Shown here piece after piece: positions 17,363-20,751 of a stretch of DNA of 20,751 nucleotides (positions are counted from its first letter, which is position 1; every line of letters begins with the position of its first letter). Both the position numbers and the translations under genes were made by a program. Source of the stretch: Candidatus Thalassarchaeaceae archaeon (lineage in GTDB: Archaea; Thermoplasmatota; Poseidoniia; Poseidoniales; Thalassarchaeaceae); contig JASLKH010000090.1 of the NCBI GenBank assembly GCA_030747675.1, positions 1 through 20,751 on the forward strand, read 5' to 3'. Under the pieces are notes generated by a model. The model ran no database searches and was not told the origin of the DNA. It was given only the letters and a program-made list of their open reading frames with translations.

Positions 17363-18171
17363 CGTTCATTTTCATTTGGGAAATCTTCAGATCTCACATC
17401 GGAAATATATTGATCAACTGCTCCTGTAATTTCATCATGCAAGTTCAGATATCGTCGGAGGAACCGGGGATTGAATTCATGAGTGATTCCGAGTAGATCG
17501 TGAATCACGAGAACTTGCCCATCGACATCTGCGCCAGCACCTATCCCAATTGTGGGGATATTGACCGCTTCCGTAACTCGCCTTGCAAGGTCCGCAGGAA
17601 TTTTTTCTAATACAATTGAAAAGCAACCTGCTTTTTCTAATAATTTCGCGTCTTCAATTAACTTTTTAGCTTCTTCATCTTCTCGCGCCCGAACTGAATA
17701 TGTACCGAATTTGTAGATGGATTGAGGAGTAAGTCCAAGATGCCCCATTACAGGAATCCCCGCAGTTAGAATTCTTTCAATCGATTCAACAATTTCTGAT
17801 CCACCTTCTAACTTGACGGCATGTGCCCCACTTTCCTTCATGATTCGGATTGCACTGCTCAGCGCTTGTTTAGAATCTCCTTGGTATGTTCCAAATGGCA
17901 TATCGCAGACAATTAATGCTCGATTTACACCTTTCACGACGCATTGAGCGTGGTAAATCATATGTTCAAGTGTGATTGGAACTGTTGTATCATTTCCAGC
18001 CATCACGTTGGATGCCGAATCTCCAACTAAAATCACATCAATTCCAGCACCGTCGATAATTTTCGCCATTGAATAATCATATGCAGTGAGCATGGTTATT
18101 TTCTCACCAGCTTGTTTCATTGACAAGAGGGTATTTGTCGTAATTTTCTGAGCCTTACCTGCTATCGACAT
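17353..18171 (-). CDS. panB: 3-methyl-2-oxobutanoate hydroxymethyltransferase (ketopantoate hydroxymethyltransferase)
   Basis: Motifs [51 protein letters not shown] and [12 protein letters not shown]. Likely start ATG 18171 (MSIAGK) with GAGGGT upstream; the track's 18204 start is less likely. Confidence 0.97.
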   Translation of the reverse strand: MSIAGKAQKITTNTLLSMKQAGEKITMLTAYDYSMAKIIDGAGIDVILVGDSASNVMAGNDTTVPITLEHMIYHAQCVVKGVNRALIVCDMPFGTYQGDSKQALSSAIRIMKESGAHAVKLEGGSEIVESIERILTAGIPVMGHLGLTPQSIYKFGTYSVRAREDEEAKKLIEDAKLLEKAGCFSIVLEKIPADLARRVTEAVNIPTIGIGAGADVDGQVLVIHDLLGITHEFNPRFLRRYLNLHDEITGAVDQYISDVRSEDFPNENERYS

Positions 18172-18233
18172 AGTTACCCTCGAGACTCGCGAGTATAGCA
18201 TCACGCTTCAATCACTCGGAGTCAAAAACAGAC

Positions 18234-19850
18234 CTATTCTTGCTCATCAATTTGCTCTTCGATACCTTCTAAAAATTCATCAACATCGATTACTCCATCG
18301 GCATTGGTATCGATCTCGTGAAACATATTGCGGACATGAAAAGAATCGTATTGAGGGGCGATGATACTCATGGCATGCACAAACTCTCCTTCATTTAGAC
18401 AATCAGGATGTGAGTGTTTGGCAGCAGCGGTGTGAAATACAAGCCAGCGTTTTTCGCGTTCATGCTTGTCGCTATTTGTGAATTCAGTTCGTACGGTTCT
18501 CCAAGGTGTGAGTGTGGGATTGGCTCTTGATTTACCGTATGTGTAGTAAATTAGCAAACCCATTATACAACAGGCTGTTGCACCAATGATGGCTTTTGAT
18601 CCCATCAGATATATCAGGATAAAACCACCGATTATCCCGAACATTTGGACATATGGATACAAAGGTGATTTCCAGTCGGGATTGTACCAAGAATGTGTTT
18701 TTGAAGCCCTCCTTAGAACTATAACACACATGTTGATTACGATAAAAATCATAATTTTGAATCCTGAGGCAAGTTTTGCAATATCGTGAACTGGTAGCCA
18801 TGTAATTGCTGCTGCCATTGCTATCCCAGTGAGCAATATCGAGAGGTGCGGCGTCTGATATTTGGGGTGGACATTTTCCAAAGCCTCTGGAAGGAGGTTA
18901 TCTCTGGCCATTGCAAATGGGAATCTGGATGATGCCATTATACCGGCAAGAGCCATTGAAGTCATAGTAGTGATTGCCAAAATAGCGGCGATTACACCAA
19001 TTGTACTCCCGCCTACTTCCTTTGCAAAGATATAGATTGGGTCTTCACTTGCTTTATTTCCATCCATGTATCCAGATGGATCCAAAGTTGCAACCATGAC
19101 TATTGAAATGCTGACATAAAGCAAGCAACTGATTATCAGGGATATGATAATGCCGTATGGAATATTTCGACTAGGATTTTTGATTTCCCCTCCAACTGCT
19201 GCAATTTTAGTTACGCCTGCATAAGCTACGAAAACAAATGCTGAGGTTTGGGCTACTGATTGCCACCCTGAACCAAAGGCTGCTTTTGAAAAAGGGACAC
19301 CCCAGTCTAGGTCCATAGTGAAAATAGCCCACATACAAAGCATGAAGAGGAAAATAACTGATATTAGAACAATTGGTGTTTGTACTTTTTTGATTCTCTT
19401 CAACCCTAAGATGTTGATGCCTACAATCATGGCTAGAAGAATCAGTGCAGCGATTTCGATGTCAATTGAAATACCAAGTATGCTTTCAAGCACCACAAGG
19501 TAGGCCTTGAAGCCAATTAGAGCAAAGGCCGATTTGAGCATAAAATTCGCCCATAATCCCAAACCTGCAATGGTTCCAAAGAGTGGGCCAAATGTCCGTT
19601 CAACATAAACGTAAGATCCACCTGAAGATGGCATTGCAGTCGCAAGTTCACCCTTTGAAAGTGCCCCTGGAAGTACAATTAGTGCAGCGACAAGATAGGC
19701 TAACCAAATCCCAGCAACAGGTGTTGTCCCACCACCCATATCTAACATCGCTAGAGCAGGTAATACGAATAGACCAGAACCAAGCATTGCTGAAAGTGAT
19801 ATGATTACAACAGAAGCCATACCGAGTTTCCGTTCTAAAGTGTCACTCAC
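18234..19850 (-). CDS. APC-superfamily amino acid permease with C-terminal EF-hand domain
   Basis: TM1 AMLGSGLF, GGSYVYVERTFGP, TM6 FVAYAG, EIKNPSRNIP and ASSRFPFAMARD; about 12 hydrophobic segments. Start uncertain: GTG 19850 ([M]SDTLERKLG, AT-rich TAATTAAT ~27 nt upstream) or ATG 19907/19910. Confidence 0.9.
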   Translation of the reverse strand: MSDTLERKLGMASVVIISLSAMLGSGLFVLPALAMLDMGGGTTPVAGIWLAYLVAALIVLPGALSKGELATAMPSSGGSYVYVERTFGPLFGTIAGLGLWANFMLKSAFALIGFKAYLVVLESILGISIDIEIAALILLAMIVGINILGLKRIKKVQTPIVLISVIFLFMLCMWAIFTMDLDWGVPFSKAAFGSGWQSVAQTSAFVFVAYAGVTKIAAVGGEIKNPSRNIPYGIIISLIISCLLYVSISIVMVATLDPSGYMDGNKASEDPIYIFAKEVGGSTIGVIAAILAITTMTSMALAGIMASSRFPFAMARDNLLPEALENVHPKYQTPHLSILLTGIAMAAAITWLPVHDIAKLASGFKIMIFIVINMCVIVLRRASKTHSWYNPDWKSPLYPYVQMFGIIGGFILIYLMGSKAIIGATACCIMGLLIYYTYGKSRANPTLTPWRTVRTEFTNSDKHEREKRWLVFHTAAAKHSHPDCLNEGEFVHAMSIIAPQYDSFHVRNMFHEIDTNADGVIDVDEFLEGIEEQIDEQE

Positions 19851-19931
19851 AAGTTCAATTGGTCTGTATACGAAATTAATTAGACTGGATGGCTTCAGTC
19901 TCTTCATCAAAGGTTCGGTATTGATTAAAGC

Positions 19932-19952
19932 ATAAGATACTACGTATCTTAT
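19932..19952. promoter_or_regulatory. Perfect 9-bp inverted repeat with 3-nt spacer (operator or terminator hairpin) between the RidA-fusion gene and the permease
   Basis: ATAAGATAC-TAC-GTATCTTAT on +, which reads ATAAGATAC-GTA-GTATCTTAT on -. Same 11-bp core as the dyad at 2083-2093. Confidence 0.55.
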
Positions 19953-19959
19953 TTTTAGA

Positions 19960-20751
19960 TTAACGTGCTTTCGCGATGACCTTCATTTCGACGGCGATTG
20001 GCGTGGGCAATGCTTGTATTGCTAACGTAGTCCTTGTCGCTTGAATTTCTTCGAAATGTTTTGCATAAATTTTGTTATACCCTTCAAAATCACGTTTCAT
20101 ATCAATAAGAAATGTAGTTACATCGATGACATCATTTAGCGATGAACCACTTGCTTCAAGAATCGCCTTGACATTCTGGATGCAAGCTTCTGTTTGAGTT
20201 TTGATATCATATTCTAATGGGTTTCCTTTTCCATCTTCAATCGGCCCACCCGGGATTTCATTGGTATTTGGTTGCCTAGGGCCAACTCCGGACAAGTACA
20301 GTAAATCTCCTTGACGTCTTGCATGGGGATATGCACCAACTGGAGCAGGTGCTTTGCTTGTATTGATTGTCGGCAATTCATCAGTTTCCACTAAAGGGCC
20401 TTCAACCCCACCTGCCGCTTGCATATCTCCCCCCCCAGATTCCAAAACATTTCGATCACCACGATAAACTTCAACATCATCCTCATCGAATTCTTTGTCG
20501 CCAATTGATTCTGATGAAGGTGTTAGTTGGATGACAGCGCCACCACTTCCATTTAAGGCAGCATAAGCCAAGACCTCGCCATCGTAGTTGTTGTGTTGCC
20601 CCATTGCTGAAGCCATCCACCAAGCAGGTTTGTAGGCGACGACTTTCTGAATTCTAATTTGTCCATGAATGTCTCGTGAAAGTTGACTAATGTCTTCCAA
20701 ACGACCAGCCCCGAAGAATTCCAATATTTTCTGATTCCATTCCTCATCTTT
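19960..20751 (-). CDS. 5'-truncated fusion protein: C-terminus of a LigB-family extradiol dioxygenase subunit (2-aminophenol 1,6-dioxygenase alpha-like), acidic linker, RidA-family 2-aminomuconate deaminase-like domain
   Basis: Frame is open to the window edge (KDEEWNQKILEFFGAG...). WNQKILEFFGAG...KPAWWMASAMG...GEVLAYAALNGSGGAVIQL recalls the AmnA C-terminal pattern (from memory, not a search). The RidA domain has APAPVGAYPH, LYLSGVGP, QTEACIQNVKAIL, YNKIY, the catalytic-type Arg in ATRTT, and AVEMKVIA. Confidence 0.8.
   Translation of the reverse strand, partial: KDEEWNQKILEFFGAGRLEDISQLSRDIHGQIRIQKVVAYKPAWWMASAMGQHNNYDGEVLAYAALNGSGGAVIQLTPSSESIGDKEFDEDDVEVYRGDRNVLESGGGDMQAAGGVEGPLVETDELPTINTSKAPAPVGAYPHARRQGDLLYLSGVGPRQPNTNEIPGGPIEDGKGNPLEYDIKTQTEACIQNVKAILEASGSSLNDVIDVTTFLIDMKRDFEGYNKIYAKHFEEIQATRTTLAIQALPTPIAVEMKVIAKAR

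Noticed and set aside
18185-18222. ACTCGCGAGT palindrome and a similar ACTCGGAGT upstream of panB
   Set aside because: Short, differently spaced, and not distinguishable from chance without comparative data.
598-20747. Numerous 60-116 aa alternative-frame and antisense ORFs in the track
   Set aside because: They lie within well-supported long CDSs, show no recognisable motifs, and are expected as shadow ORFs.
1-20751. CRISPR array, tRNA/rRNA, transposase/integrase, DGR-type template/variable repeats
   Set aside because: No regularly spaced direct repeats, RNA-gene signatures, recombinase or reverse-transcriptase motifs, or near-identical DNA repeat pairs were seen by eye. A self dot-plot and tRNAscan would confirm.

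Overview
Archaeal chromosomal DNA, most consistent with marine Thermoplasmatota, probably Marine Group II / Poseidoniales. This is inferred from an intein-free archaeal RFC small subunit and the style of the membrane-anchored proteins, not from a database search. From left to right the window holds a 5'-truncated membrane protein, a small hypothetical gene and rfcS. Next is a ~15-kb co-oriented trio of paralogous cell-surface proteins (~3108, 1103 and ~830 aa). Each has a signal peptide, a stalk of Ig-like 'D-x-x-G-N' repeats (8/8/6), one C-terminal TM helix and a cytoplasmic tail ending in a Trp-rich mini-domain. Their heads are graded: 7 DNRLRE/CBM96-like modules alternating with FN3-like spacers, 1 such module, and none. 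A minus-strand block follows: a Bacteroidota-like panB, an APC amino-acid permease with a C-terminal EF-hand, and a truncated ORF fusing a 2-aminophenol 1,6-dioxygenase alpha-like (LigB family) C-terminus to a 2-aminomuconate-deaminase-like RidA domain. Non-coding highlights are two intergenic dyads ~18 kb apart sharing an identical ATAC-GTA-GTAT core with different self-complementary outer arms, and a perfect 26-bp palindrome inside the surface-protein cluster. No tRNA, rRNA, CRISPR array or mobile element was recognised.
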